DNA from: Octopus sinensis
Taxonomy: Eukaryota
Length of the DNA stretch: 64,000 bases
Direction of reading: 5' to 3'
Assembly: GCF_006345805.1 (NCBI RefSeq)
Contig: NC_043005.1
Coordinates: forward strand, 71,796,001-71,860,000
Each line of letters opens with the position of its first letter. Position 1 is the stretch's first letter. Of the stretch, positions 36,256-48,501 are shown piece by piece. Below the pieces are notes generated by a model. It did no database searches. It was not told where the DNA came from and saw only the letters and a program-made list of their open reading frames with translations. The translations under genes were made by a program, and so were the position numbers.

Positions 36256-36490
36256 GACGGTGGCGAGCTTGCAGAAACGTTAGAACGCCGGGCGAAATAC
36301 GTAGCCGTATTTTGTCAGTTGTTACATTGTGAGTTCAAATTCCGCCGAGGTCGACTTTACCTTTCATCCTTTTGGGGTCGATAAATTAAGTACCAGTTAC
36401 GCACTGGGGTCGATGTAATAAACTTAATACCTATGTCTGTCCTTGTTTGTCCCATCTGTGTTTAGCCCCTTGTGGGTAATAAAGAAATAG
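36256..36490 (+). mobile_element. SINE family B, full length, tail type 1
   Basis: CpG-rich young copy: ggtggcgagcttgcagaaacg..gagttcaaattccgccgaggtcgac..ctggggtcgatgtaat..tgtgggtaataaagaaata. Confidence 0.92.
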
Positions 36491-37540
36491 GTGTTAAAGA
36501 AAGGTATTAGCTGGGACTATGATATTCTGGATAGATATGCTTCCTATTTCCGTGATATTATGTGTGATTTTAGGGAGATTTTGGATCTTTTTTCAACAAA
36601 TCTAGCAACCACATACAACTTCCACCTTTTGTTCATATATTATATGTACACACACACACACATAGACTTATATATCCTATATACAAAGCAAAAATTCTTC
36701 TTGTCATCATCTCTGCCAACCCCATTACTCAATTGATGCTGTAGGAATAAAAAGCTGTGTTATTCCGTTATACTACTACTACTACTACTACTGCTGCTAC
36801 TGCTGCTGCTTTTAATGTACATATAAAAGGAGAAAGGAACAGGGAATAGGAGAAGATAAAACCAAAAATAAGATGTAAGGATAAGTGACAAAAGAAAATA
36901 GAAAACACACTTTGAACCAAGTCCTTCATGATGCTTGTTCTGCAGCAAGTTACAGACACTCCCTTGAAACATTCCTCGACCTCTACATCCCACCACCACC
37001 ATCATTAGAAATGTAATAAATCAGGTGATTGGCCTATTAGAAATCTGTAACTAATGAAGCTATTGTTCAATAATTGCACCCCCCTACAAAAAAAAAATTA
37101 TTAAAAATAAAGTAAATTATCAAATCAACCAATTATACTAGTTTTTTGTTTGTTTACTTTTGTTTTTCGGGAATGTTTTTTTTTTTCTTCCTGAACATTG
37201 AAAGAATTTTAGCAAAGTCAGCTGTTGACATGAAGAAGTTAGTTTCAATTGTTTTCTTAGAATTTAATACATACTTTCAGAAAGTTGCCAAAAGATAATG
37301 ATCTAGTTCTTGCATTTCATCCATTTTTTTTTTAATATTTTTTTTTAATTCTGAAAATTTATGAATTTATTAACCCTTTTGTGACTGTATTTTTAATGAC
37401 TGGGTACTGTATTAGTTTTTTATTTTTTCCATTTTGCAACATAGTCAAGACTACAGAAGAATTTAGTATAATATCTGAAACCACATGTAAATATATATAC
37501 ATACATACACACACATATATATGTATGTATATATATATAT

Positions 37541-37752
37541 TCTTTTATTCTTTTATTTGATTGAGTCAGTTGATTGTGGCTATGCTGGAGCACTGCCTTT
37601 AGTCGAACAAATCAACTCCATGACTTATTCTCTGTAAGCCTAGTACTTATTCTATCGGTCTCTTTTGCTGAACTGCTAAGTTATGGGGACATAACCACAC
37701 CAGCATCGGTTGTCAAGTGATGGTGGTGGGGACAAATACAGACACACAAATT

Positions 37753-37783
<31 letters not shown>

Positions 37784-37940
37784 GATGGACTTCTTCTAGT
37801 TTCCATCTACCAAATCCACTCACAAGACTTTGGTCAGCCTGAAGCTATAGTAGAAGATACTTGCCCAAGGTGCCATGCAGTGGGACTGAACCCGGAACCA
37901 TGTGGTTGGTAAGCAAGCTACTTACCACACAGCCATCTCC
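37541..37940 (-). mobile_element. SINE family A, full length
   Basis: Near-consensus reverse complement. Confidence 0.92.
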
Positions 37941-37945
37941 CAATC

Positions 37946-38260
37946 TTGTTCCAGGTTCAGTCCCACTGAAATATCTTCTACTATAGCCTCAGGCTGGCCA
38001 AAGCCTTGTGAGAGGATTTGGTAGACAAAAACGGAAAGAAGCCCATCATGTGTGTGTGTGTGTGTGTGTGTTTTTGTGTTTGTGTTTGCCCCCACCCTAC
38101 CAATGTTTGACAGCCAGTGTTGTTTTGTTTACGTCCCTATAACTTGGTGGTTCTGCAAGAGAGAGTGAGATCAATTTGTTTGACTAAAACCTTGTAAGGT
38201 GATGCCCCAGCATTGCTGCAATCCAATGGCAGAATCAAATAAAATGTAAAAGATAAAAAG
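37946..38260 (+). mobile_element. SINE family A, older copy, head-to-head with the previous one
   Basis: gttccaggttcagtcccactg..gccttgtgagaggatttggtagac..gccccagcattgctgcaatccaatggcagaatcaaataaaa. Confidence 0.8.
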
Positions 38261-38517
38261 ATGGATTAGTATCCAGTAGCATATCTCTGCAAATAATTAT
38301 TCCTACCGTTGGCAGAAGGCTTTAAAGTTTCAAGGAAGGAATAGAAGTCAACTTCATAGAATCCAGTATTAGACATATTCTTTCTCAACCTCTGAAAGAT
38401 GAAAGTCAGTGATGACACTGATAGGGTTTCAACTCAACATGCAAAGCACTTTAATTAGATCCTGCACAGCAATTTGCTTGTCATTCTAAAATAATGCTAA
38501 CTCAGTGCTTAAATAAG

Positions 38518-38732
38518 GGTTTCAAATTTTGGTACAAAGCCAGCAATTTTTGAAGGGATGGGGAAACCAATGACATCAACTTCTGTATTTCACTGATACT
38601 ATTTTATCAACCCTAGAAAGATGAAGGGCAAAAACAATTTCAGCAGAATTTGAACTTAGAACATACAGACGGATGAAATACTGGTAAGCGTTTTTGTCTG
38701 TCATGCTAACAGTTCTGCTAGCTTGTTGCCTT
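38518..38732 (-). mobile_element. SINE family B, tail type 3
   Basis: tttcaaattttggtacaaagccagcaattt..tatcaaccctagaaagatgaagggc..gaatttgaacttag. Confidence 0.75.
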
Positions 38733-39536
38733 GCTCTGTGCTTATATAATAGCAATAAAGAACTTCTTGAGTGGTTCAAGACTACAATGTTGCTTTAGCC
38801 CTGGGTCAGCCTTGACTGGGAAAACCTATGATCAAAAGCATTCCAGCTTTGACCATCATAGTGCATCTACTCTAGTGTATTCTTCCTTTTCAAAGATATG
38901 ATTTGAGTAAGATTTGGCTGTTATTTCTTGCAGATAGATTATTCTGCTGCAAACAAGTGTCTTTCATTTTGTCCAGTTAGCTTCAGATTTCTCTTCAGGC
39001 AAGGTTATTAAAACTGAGCAGAAGACCTCAAAACTTTCAAATCATGTAACCCATGCCAGCATGGAAAACAGATAACCATGATCATCATCATCACAATCAT
39101 CATCAGAATATACCCTTTTTTACTTGCATCATACAAGATATCATGTCTTTTTTAAAAGATAAATGTTTTATCAACCGCAAAAGAGGAAAAGCCCTGTTGA
39201 TGAACTTGGATGATAGCCAGATCTACCTTACACATAATAACTACTGTTTAACACAACAGGTTACCAGTGCCAGGATGCTGCACAAATGAATGCAGAATGG
39301 GTTTGTCACTATATGGACATCACAGATAAATCTGTCTCATGGCACTACCATTCCTGTAGAATTTGTCTCAAACTGGCAACACTCCATCAGCACCATCGCC
39401 CAACTTTGCTAATAGTGCTAGACCATGGGCCCAGGAACAAGGGGTACTGGCAGTGCACTTGCACCAACTAAAATTTTTGTGGAATGCAAAATCAAAATTT
39501 GCGCCCCTACTTACATTTCTCAGGTGTAGAAAACCT

Positions 39537-39843
39537 CTTCTTGATGTTCCTTCTTGAGCCATGCCTGGCTCATAAGGGCTGGTTTCCTGGTTTCTTGGCA
39601 TATCGGTTTCCCACGTGGATGGGACACCAGTCCGTCACAGGTGAGCTGCAAGATGCAGGAGGAAAGAGTGAGAGAAAGTTGTGGCGAAAGAGTCCGCAGA
39701 AGTTCGCTATTACCTTCTGCCGGAGTCACGTGGAGCTTTGGTATTTCGCTCATAAACACACACATTGCCCAATCTGAGATTCGAACCCGCGATCCCTTGA
39801 CCATGAGTCCACTGCTCTAACCACTAGGCCATGTGCCTCCACT
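39537..39843 (-). mobile_element. SINE family F, full length, 15-bp TSD
   Basis: TSD aggtgtagaaaacct at 39522-39536 and 39844-39858; tRNA head tggcctagtggttagagc..gggttcgaatc. Confidence 0.92.
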
Positions 39844-40860
39844 AGGTGTAGAAAACCTGTAAACCTGTAAAAAGTATCTTGAATTAGGTTTCTTCTCAAA
39901 GAACAACGAACATAAATAAATAAATAAAAACACATAACCTTCTTTGTAATAACTTTTGGGCCTGGGTTTGCACACTCTAAGCAAATTTCATACCCGAGCC
40001 AATGTGCTAGACCAGGAATTTCTGAAAATTTTCCATAGTTTGTCTTCTTCTTGGAAATCCTCTAGAAAAGGCTATTCAGTAAAACTTCACTGATGCTTTG
40101 AATCACTCCTAGAAATGACATCACTCTCACCCCCCCACCCCCCGCTAACCCTCTGCAGTATATGAAGATTGACATAATGCAGATCATGGAACCCAACTGG
40201 TAGAGAACTGAGAGCACCTGTCAATAATGGTAATAATTATAATAACTCTAACACAACAATGGTAATAGCAATGGTAGTATTAGTGATAAATATTCAACTC
40301 CCTGTTGTATTTATGCATCGAGAAATTTTAGGATTTAGAATTTTATAGCTGGGTGCCATGTCTATGCTTCAGATTTAGTGGTGTATACAAGCTTTTGTCA
40401 TTTCATCAGTCAAATTTTATGGCAGGTAAATGGCAGACTGTACTATAGTAAATCAGTAAAATGTGGGTTTATTGCTTGTACAAATAGATTTTCCCTGCAA
40501 CTAGAAATTGAATTATTACTATAGTTTGATACTGCTTAGTTTCAGTGAGGTAATGCATGCAGATGTTTCAGAATTAATTGAGCATGTCATGTCATGTTTA
40601 TACATGCCTACATGTATGTGTGCATATGCATACACACACATACACATACAGCCACTCCTGTGTACACACTTACAAAAGCAAATACATGTATATATACACA
40701 TTTTTGTATGTATATACAGACATTTACATACACATGTGCACACACTGCACACATTTAGATGTTTCTCTTTGCACACATATGTCTGTATGTTGATACTCAA
40801 ACCAAATTCCAAAATAAATACAGACATATGCATGAATAGATGTGTGTATGTGTACATAAG

Positions 40861-41133
40861 CAACGTGGCCAATGTCGGTGCCACTTGACTGGCACCCGTG
40901 CTGGTGGAATATAAAAAGCACCATACAAGCATGGTCAATGCCAGTGCTGCCTGACTGGCCCCCATGCCGGTGGCACATAAAGAGCACCCACCACACTCTT
41001 GGGAGGAGCTGTAGATCAGATTGTTTGAACCAGATTAGATTGAAGCCTGGTGCAGCACCCAGCTTGCCAATCCTCAGGCAAACCATCCAGCCCATGCCAG
41101 CATGGAAAGCAGACGTTAAACAATGATTATGAT
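40861..41133 (+). mobile_element. RTE LINE 3'-UTR fragment
   Basis: Two internal gactggc(a/c)cc.(t)gc(t/c)ggtgg..ataaa.agcacc repeats; tail ccagcatggaaagcagacgttaaacaatgat. Confidence 0.8.
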
Positions 41134-41178
41134 AGGACAATGATATATATATATATATTGTTCATTTACAAGAATGTT

Positions 41179-41341
41179 GTTGACAGTAACTTTGAAGTTT
41201 TGGCCAGCTAAGCTATCACCAGATTGCAACGCATTGGAGTTAGTTTTGCCTTTGTATTGTCTCTGTTGAGTTAAATATCATCTTTGGGTGTGTGGGTTTA
41301 TGATGGTTTAGCTGGCTAAAACTCCGAAGTAGTTGTCAACA
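41179..41341. ncRNA. Inverted pair of decayed minimal type-I hammerhead motifs (PLE-type relic)
   Basis: Arms 41178-41218 and 41301-41341 are 33/41 identical as an inverted repeat. Their consensus reads gttgcaat CTGATGA t GGC-ttagctg-GCC GAA ACTTCGAAGT H (a/g)ttgtcaac. Each copy has core mutations. Confidence 0.6.
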
Positions 41342-41429
41342 GTCTTGGATGAGTATAAGAATAATAGAGTAATCCATCAGATTAATGTAAAATTGTTTTT
41401 ATTATAACTAAACATAAAAACAAACAATA

Positions 41430-41747
41430 TATATATGTATATCACGTGATCACGTGACTGACCAGACCATCAGATGTTGTTACACATCGCTGGTCACAAT
41501 GCGTTCGCATTGTTTTAGCCTTCGAATGACGCCATCCCACTGGCTAAGCAATTAGGCCAACAGAAGAAAGAGTGGGAGAAAGAGTGGTGAAAGAGTACAG
41601 CAGGGATCACCACCCCCTGCCGGAGCCTCGTGGAGCTTTTAGGTGTTTTTGCTCAATGAACACTCACAACGCCCGGTCTGGGAATCAAAACTGCGATCCT
41701 GCAACCACGAGTCTGCTGCCCTAACCACTAGGCCATTGCGCCTCCAC
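41430..41747 (-). mobile_element. SINE family E, full length, ending in (TA)n
   Basis: tRNA head tggcctagtggttagggc; body shared with F; distinct tail ..gcattgtgaccagcgatgtgtaacaacatctgatggtctggtcagtcacgtgatcacgtgat. Confidence 0.88.
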
Positions 41748-42160
41748 TATATGTATATATACACATTAATCTCTTGCCATATCATGGTTCACCTATTGCC
41801 GTTCACCTATTGCAGTTTATTATTTAAGCTTGCGCCAGTTCCTCCGTGGTGTTGTTTTACATTTATAATAAAATGAATATTCTTTTATATGTTTCATTCC
41901 AGTGACTGTGGCCATGCTGGAGCACAAATTATGAAAGTAATAAAAAATATATACAGTGCAGTACTGTTTCTACTTAGTGGAGTTTTACTTATCACAGGGG
42001 TTTCTGGAACATAATACCCACAATAGATGAGAGATTACTGTATAGCTTTCGACCAAACAACACCCAAGCACAAATAAAATCAGCAAGCCCAGAATATATT
42101 TCTACTCTTATGGCATAGCTTTGCTTTGAAATGATCTTGGGAGATATTCTCCTAGATCTT

Positions 42161-42285
42161 TAGAAATTTTGCCGGATCAGATTGGAGCCTGGTACAGCCT
42201 TCTGGCTTGCCAGCCATCAGTCAAACCATCCAACCCATGCCAGCATGGAAAGTGGACGTTAAACAATTATAATGATGATGGTGAT
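42161..42285 (+). mobile_element. RTE LINE 3' end
   Basis: gatcagattggagcctggtacagcc..ccagcatggaaagtggacgttaaac. Confidence 0.8.
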
Positions 42286-42687
42286 CTTTACAAAGCAATT
42301 CTCAGAATACCAGTAAAAGGGGAGGAGGTCGAGGTGGAAGAAATTGTAATGGAATTGACCATGTGTCTAAGTGTGTTTAGTGTTACTTCCTTACAATAAG
42401 AGTTCAAATTCTGCCAAAGTCAACATGTCCCTTTCATCTTTCGAGACTTAAGAGAACAACTAGTAGATCATTTATTATTTACTGATATTTATTCAAACCC
42501 TTCTCTGTATGGACATAGTTCTGGCTTTGTGTCAATGCAAAAGACCATTATTATGAAGAAGTAAAAGAAACGCAACTTGTATGACACGAATATATGAAGA
42601 ACTATTAATATTGTAATGAATGATTAAAAGCACTATCTAAGCTTCATATATATTGTAGACTTATGAACTACACTGTGTGTACGTATG

Positions 42688-42729
<42 letters not shown>

Positions 42730-42763
42730 TATATATAATATAAATATATATATATTTATGCAT

Positions 42764-42808
<45 letters not shown>

Positions 42809-42924
42809 ATATATATATGCATATATATATATATATGTGCATATATATATATATGTGCATGTATATATATATATATATGTGTGTGTGTGTGCATATATAT
42901 ATATATAGACACATATATATATGC

Positions 42925-42988
<64 letters not shown>

Positions 42989-43189
42989 TATATGCATATA
43001 TATATAAATATATATATACTTCCATACATATATGAGTAAGATATAGAAGTAATCCTTATGCATATGATTGCAAGCCTAGAGGGTTTCTTTGTAGTTTCTT
43101 CGCTGAAGATATATGCAGATGAGAATATTTTCTTCAAAAAGATTTGGTTCTATTTGTAGCAAAGTTTTATCTTTGCAGGCATAACCATT

Positions 43190-43213
43190 TTTACTACTAC
43201 TACTACCACCACC

Positions 43214-43263
<50 letters not shown>

Positions 43264-43307
43264 CACTACTACTACTACCACCACCACAGTCATCATCATC
43301 ATCATCA
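43190..43307. repeat. (TAC)n(CAC)n(CAT)n compound trinucleotide microsatellite
   Basis: Direct reading. Confidence 0.92.
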
Positions 43308-43742
43308 TATTCTTTTTTTTTCATTCTTTTACATCTTTAGACATAGAAATGTTGCCGCTGTGCTATGCAGAAAAATCTGTCATGACTAGAATATACTAGA
43401 ATGCTTTGGGGGTGGGGTGGGATGGGGTTAAGTGGAAAGAGTGAGGAGAAGTGAAGCAGTGTATGTTTAGACAAAAATAAGAAAGGGTTGTTATTTTGCC
43501 AACAGTTTACCTGAAACTTGAGACACTGACAAAATTAGGAGGTAAATAATTTGGATGCTTCTCAGCTTCAATTTTTATTTTTCTCACTCCCCCCCCCTTC
43601 AACAGCTCAACTCAAACATTTGATGGGATAAGTATAATTACAAATTCAGGTACATAATTTGAGACCATAACAGCTTTCGCTCTCTTTGTCTTTCTTTCTT
43701 TGATCTGGCTGTCATGTAGATTTGGTGACAATGTCACTCATT

Positions 43743-44059
43743 GTTATTCTGTTGTTGATGTTTGTTCTTTCTTGAACCATACCTGGCTCATAAGGGCCAG
43801 TTTCCTGGTTTCATTGGTGTATAGGTTCCCCACCTGGATGGGACACTGGTCCATGACAGGTGAGCTGCTAGATGCAGGAGGAAAGAGTGAGGGAAAGTTG
43901 TGGTGAAAGGGTCTGCAAAAGTTCGCCATTACCTTCTGCCGGAACCACGTGGAGCTTAGGTGTTTAGCTCATAAACACACACATCACCCGGTCTGAGATT
44001 CGAACCTGCAATCCCTTGACAGCAAGTCTACTGCTTTAACCACAAGGCCATGTGCCTCC
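43743..44059 (-). mobile_element. SINE family F, full length, 15-bp TSD
   Basis: TSD acaatgtcactcatt at 43728-43742 and 44060-44074. Confidence 0.92.
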
Positions 44060-44094
44060 ACAATGTCACTCATTAGTAGTTAGTAATATTAGTC

Positions 44095-44306
44095 TCAAAT
44101 TTTGACACAAGCCAGCAACTTTGGAGGAGGGAGATAAGTAAATTACATTGACCCCCAATATTCAACTGGTACTTATTTTATCGATTCCAAAAGGATGAAA
44201 GACAAAGTCGACTTTGATGGAATTTGAACTCAGAATATGAAAATAGATGAAATGCCACCAAGCATTTTTCCCAGTGTGCTAATGATTCTACCAGCTCACC
44301 ACCTTA
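44095..44306 (-). mobile_element. SINE family B, tail type 3
   Basis: tctcaaattttgacacaagccagc..ggatgaaagacaaagtcgac..ccagctcaccacc. Confidence 0.8.
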
Positions 44307-44329
44307 TTAGTAGTCATTAATGTTTAATA

Positions 44330-44672
44330 GTGAAGGCATCTGACTCGGTGGTTAGACTGTCAGGCTCACAATCATGATGTAGTGAGTTCAATTTCCTGAC
44401 CAGGCAATGTGTTGTGTTCTTGAGCAAGACACTTTGTTTCATGTTGCTCCAGTTCAGTCAGCTGTAGAAATGAGTTGCGACATCACAGGTGCCAAGCTGT
44501 ATAGGCCTTTGCCTTTCCCTTGGATAACACCAGAAGCATGGAGAGGGGAGGCTAGTATGCATGGGTGACTGCTGGTCTTCCCTAAACAACAAACTTGCCC
44601 CTCGGAGAGGAACTTTCTAGGTGCAATCCCATGGTCATTCATGACTAAAAGGGGTCTTTACTCTTTTACCCT
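44330..44672 (+). mobile_element. SINE family G (head and core of D, different tail)
   Basis: Core gtgttgtgttcttgagcaagacacttt..ttgctccagttcagtcagctg as in D; tail ..ttctaggtgcaatcccatggtcattcatgactaaaaggggtcttta. Confidence 0.75.
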
Positions 44673-45593
44673 AATATTGAAGGGTATATATGAGGCTAGT
44701 ACAGCAAACAGAATGCAGTATTACAACCAAAATAAATTTCATCTTTCCACTATTTAAGTTCAAATCCTTCCAGATGCATATTTTATTCTTCCTGGTTCAA
44801 TTTTTTTCTTTAATTCTATCAAGTTCAGTGAAATTCGTATCTGTATGAATATTGTACACATACTTTAGAAAATTCCTTTTCTTTTATCTTCCACAAAAAT
44901 TATTCTCATGTTTATTCTAGAGAAAAAGAAAAGACTAACAAAATGTCAGAATTATTGGATCACCATACTGAATATTTTACATCATAATCTTTTAATGTCA
45001 ACCTTTCTAGCCTTGCATGAGCCAAAAAGAGATTAAGATAGACTTTTCTCCAGCTGAATACCCTTCCTGTTGCCAACTTTCACCTCTTTCCAAACAAGCT
45101 GATATTTTTCCACAGTTAAACATGTTTTACATAGAAGACTAGTAATGAACAACCTTGACTGTTTGCCAGTTATGCTCACTTATAAACATCATGTGATGGC
45201 TAGACAAGGGTACACACACACATGACGGGCTTCTTTCAGTTTCTGTCTAACATTCCCACTTCCAAGGCTTTGGTCTGCCTGGTGCTACTGTAGAAGACAT
45301 TTACCCAGGGTCAGGGTGTCCATGTAGTAGGACAGAATCCGGAACCATTTGGTTGAAAAGCAAGCATCTCAACCACATAATTACGCCTCTGTGTGTGTAG
45401 GAGGGGTTGTTGAGTTGCAGATTCCATAACAGATGGATTTACTTTTCATTATCCAGTTGATTAATTACATAAAGTACCATTACCTATTTAGCCACTGAGG
45501 CACTACTCAAGACTTTATTAGCATTCCTTATATCTGGGACAACATGCAAATATTTGGGACAACATACTGTGTAGCTGGGGACAATATGCCTGT

Positions 45594-45822
45594 ATTTATT
45601 TCTTTACTACCCACAAGGGGTTAAACACAGAGGGGACAAACAAGGACAGACAAATGGATTAAGTCGATTACATCGACCCAGTGCATAACTAGTACTTAAT
45701 TTATCAACCCCGAAAGGGTGAAAGGCAAGGTCGACCTCGACAGAATTTGAACTCAGAACGCAGTGGCGGATGAAATACCGCAAAGCATTTCGCCCGGCGT
45801 GCTAACGTTTCTGCCAGATCGC
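45594..45822 (-). mobile_element. SINE family B, tail type 1, inserted in a short ~20-bp tandem array (ta(t/g)(c/t)tgggacaacat)
   Basis: Young CpG-rich copy; array units at 45531-45593 and 45830-45905 on both sides. Confidence 0.9.
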
Positions 45823-48449
45823 TGTATGTATTTGGGACATGCTGTGTAGCTGGGAACAACATGTGGTATATCTGGGACAATATGCAATGCTATAGCTGGT
45901 ATAACATCACCAGTTCTGATCCAGTCTTGTTTATATTATATCCATAAAAAGAATTACATTCATTACTGAAAACAAACGAAACATATTAATTATAGTGTAA
46001 TGTAGTGTGGGGAAAAGGTTGGATAAAATGCCGTATTGAATTCAGTTACTTCCCTTTACATTCTGAATTTGAATTCTGCAAAGGTCAGCTTTGTGGTTCA
46101 TCTTTCTGTGGGTTGATAGAATAAGTACAAGTGAAATATAGAGATCAATATAATCAATGATTCTCCAACCTCCTAAATGTGAAGTGTTGTGACTACCTTA
46201 TGTGAGGCTTTGAAGTTATGTTAGAAACCAAATATAGTTGTCCAGACAGCAGTGAGTATCAGAATCAATAGAGCAATAGAAAATTACTTAATGATAATTA
46301 GTTGTAATCCTTTATGTTCTGAGTTCAATTCTCACCAAAATCAGATTTCACTTTTATCTTCCTGGGCCAGTGAAATAAATAGAACGTATGTCTTGTAGAT
46401 TCATTAAATTGAAAATACCTTCGTCATAGATTTGTGACTTCGTTGTTTCTTTTAGAAAATAATTGTAGAGTGTCCAGTTAACTTTTGATCTTTCAATAGT
46501 AGGCTTTTACATACCACTTTCAGCAAAGTAGAATAAGGTTTTTTGTAAGGATTTATAATAGTTTTTAATGGAGGAGAAAGGGTAACATCAATGAGCCATG
46601 ACTCTTTTCAGGGTTCCATGATTTACAAGATAAGAAGAGGAAGTTATCTTCAGAGAGGTGTTGTGTGGTGGGGGCTAAATACTTGCAACAGAAAAGACTT
46701 TGCTAAAGGGCCCCAAGGACTACAAAGTGAAGAAAATTGTTAATACATAAATCTACATTGAATACTAAATATCTTTTCTGTGGACAGAGCAGAGAACCAG
46801 AATCACAGAATCAAAAGAGGAATTTTGCCCTTATTGTTGTTGAAAGAGGGCAAAACATAACAATTCTCTAGTGCTCATAGCATTCCTTTTTTATTTATTT
46901 ATTTTCTTGCAGAGGTGAACAACTGTACCATTCTGTAGTACTTATTTACCTATTTACAATTAACTTGAACAACTGACAGAGCTTTTTTTTTTTTTGCACG
47001 TTACCACATCATTGATGCGATTACTATGTGGTGAGAAACCAGAAGAACTCAGCTTCTGTAAACTATTGAAAACTTATCAGTTTCACGATGCTTCTACTAT
47101 TTTAGAGAGTTGAGCTACAGTATGTAATGACACAAACATGTAGCTGAGCCATTGTGAAATAGTTCTTTATCATCTCTTCAATAGGAGCTATTGTAAATTA
47201 ACCTGAACAATAGGCTGACAATAGTAAACTGTACCATCTGATGTATATTTTTTATATATTAATTATAGGGACATGAAACATTGATGATTTAAATAGAGCT
47301 GTGTGCATTTATATTTAACACATTCATGAACCCTCAAACATGGGAAGACTTTCATAGCAGCAACTGTCAAAGAAAAGAAATTCTCCTTATAGAAAATATC
47401 CATGGAAACACATTAAGCTTCTTCTATTTAATAGGCTTGCTCAATCAGGGTTAATTTTTAATTAAATTGCATCTCACAAGGTGCAATTTTATTGTAAATT
47501 TCAGCATTGTAGATAAGAAAGTGGCTATTAATTTCATAGTAATTTTGCTTTCTGCTGCTGACTGCCTTGAGCTGTACCACTCTATGGTACCTATTTGCTG
47601 TGACAGTGAGTGAAGTATTGACAACCAAGTGTCTTGACTGCAGAAACAGCATGATGCAATGCAGCTGACATGATATGAACCATTAACCTATCAGCTGGTA
47701 ATCTGCTCTACTATCGATTCAACTAGCTTACATTCAACAAATCATATGTATACACAAAATCAAAAATTGCATATATTTTAAGTGTTCAAAAACAGAAGAA
47801 AAAAACACAAACACAAAGACCAAAACAAAATAAATAAATAAATATCCTATAATTCTTTCAGAGAAGAAATCATTGCGAAAAGAAATACAATATATAATTA
47901 GAACGAAAGTCTTGTGTGCATTGAATGACTTTAACGAAATGATAGGTTTACTAAAATGTGAGAAGATATACCCTTTACTGATCACACATCAATAACTGCC
48001 AATCAAAGAGAATTTCATATTACTTATCATGAAAGCATGTGGATAATAGCTGGTTAGCATTACTGCATTGTGTTTGATAGGATTCGCTATAGTGTTGCAA
48101 AAGAATATGCTTCATAATTTTCTGAGAAATATAATTCTCTGTTTATATTTAAACGGAAACGAGATTGAGAATGAGAATGAGAAAAACAGAAAACAAACAG
48201 AAAGGAAATGAAACCTTTCCATTTATTTCAGGTATTTATATACATACATACATATAAATATATATACATAAGCACTCATATGTATATATATCCTTATATA
48301 TAGATATATCTACTTATATAATACATACCTTTAAACAAGCGTACATTCACATATATATGTGTTTGTATACATATGCATATATGAATATAGATACACAAGT
48401 ACATATAAACATATGTATGAAATATATTTATACATTTATATATATATAC

Positions 48450-48501
<52 letters not shown>

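Noticed and set aside
39780-39843. tRNA gene calls for SINE heads (also 41690-41747, 43995-44059, 27341-27410)
   Set aside because: A and B boxes are present but each continues into a SINE body with tail and, for F, a TSD; no complete cloverleaf or acceptor stem.
46823-46856. 9-bp stem hairpin ttttgccct..agggcaaaa
   Set aside because: Isolated, and within chance expectation for 64 kb of AT-rich DNA.
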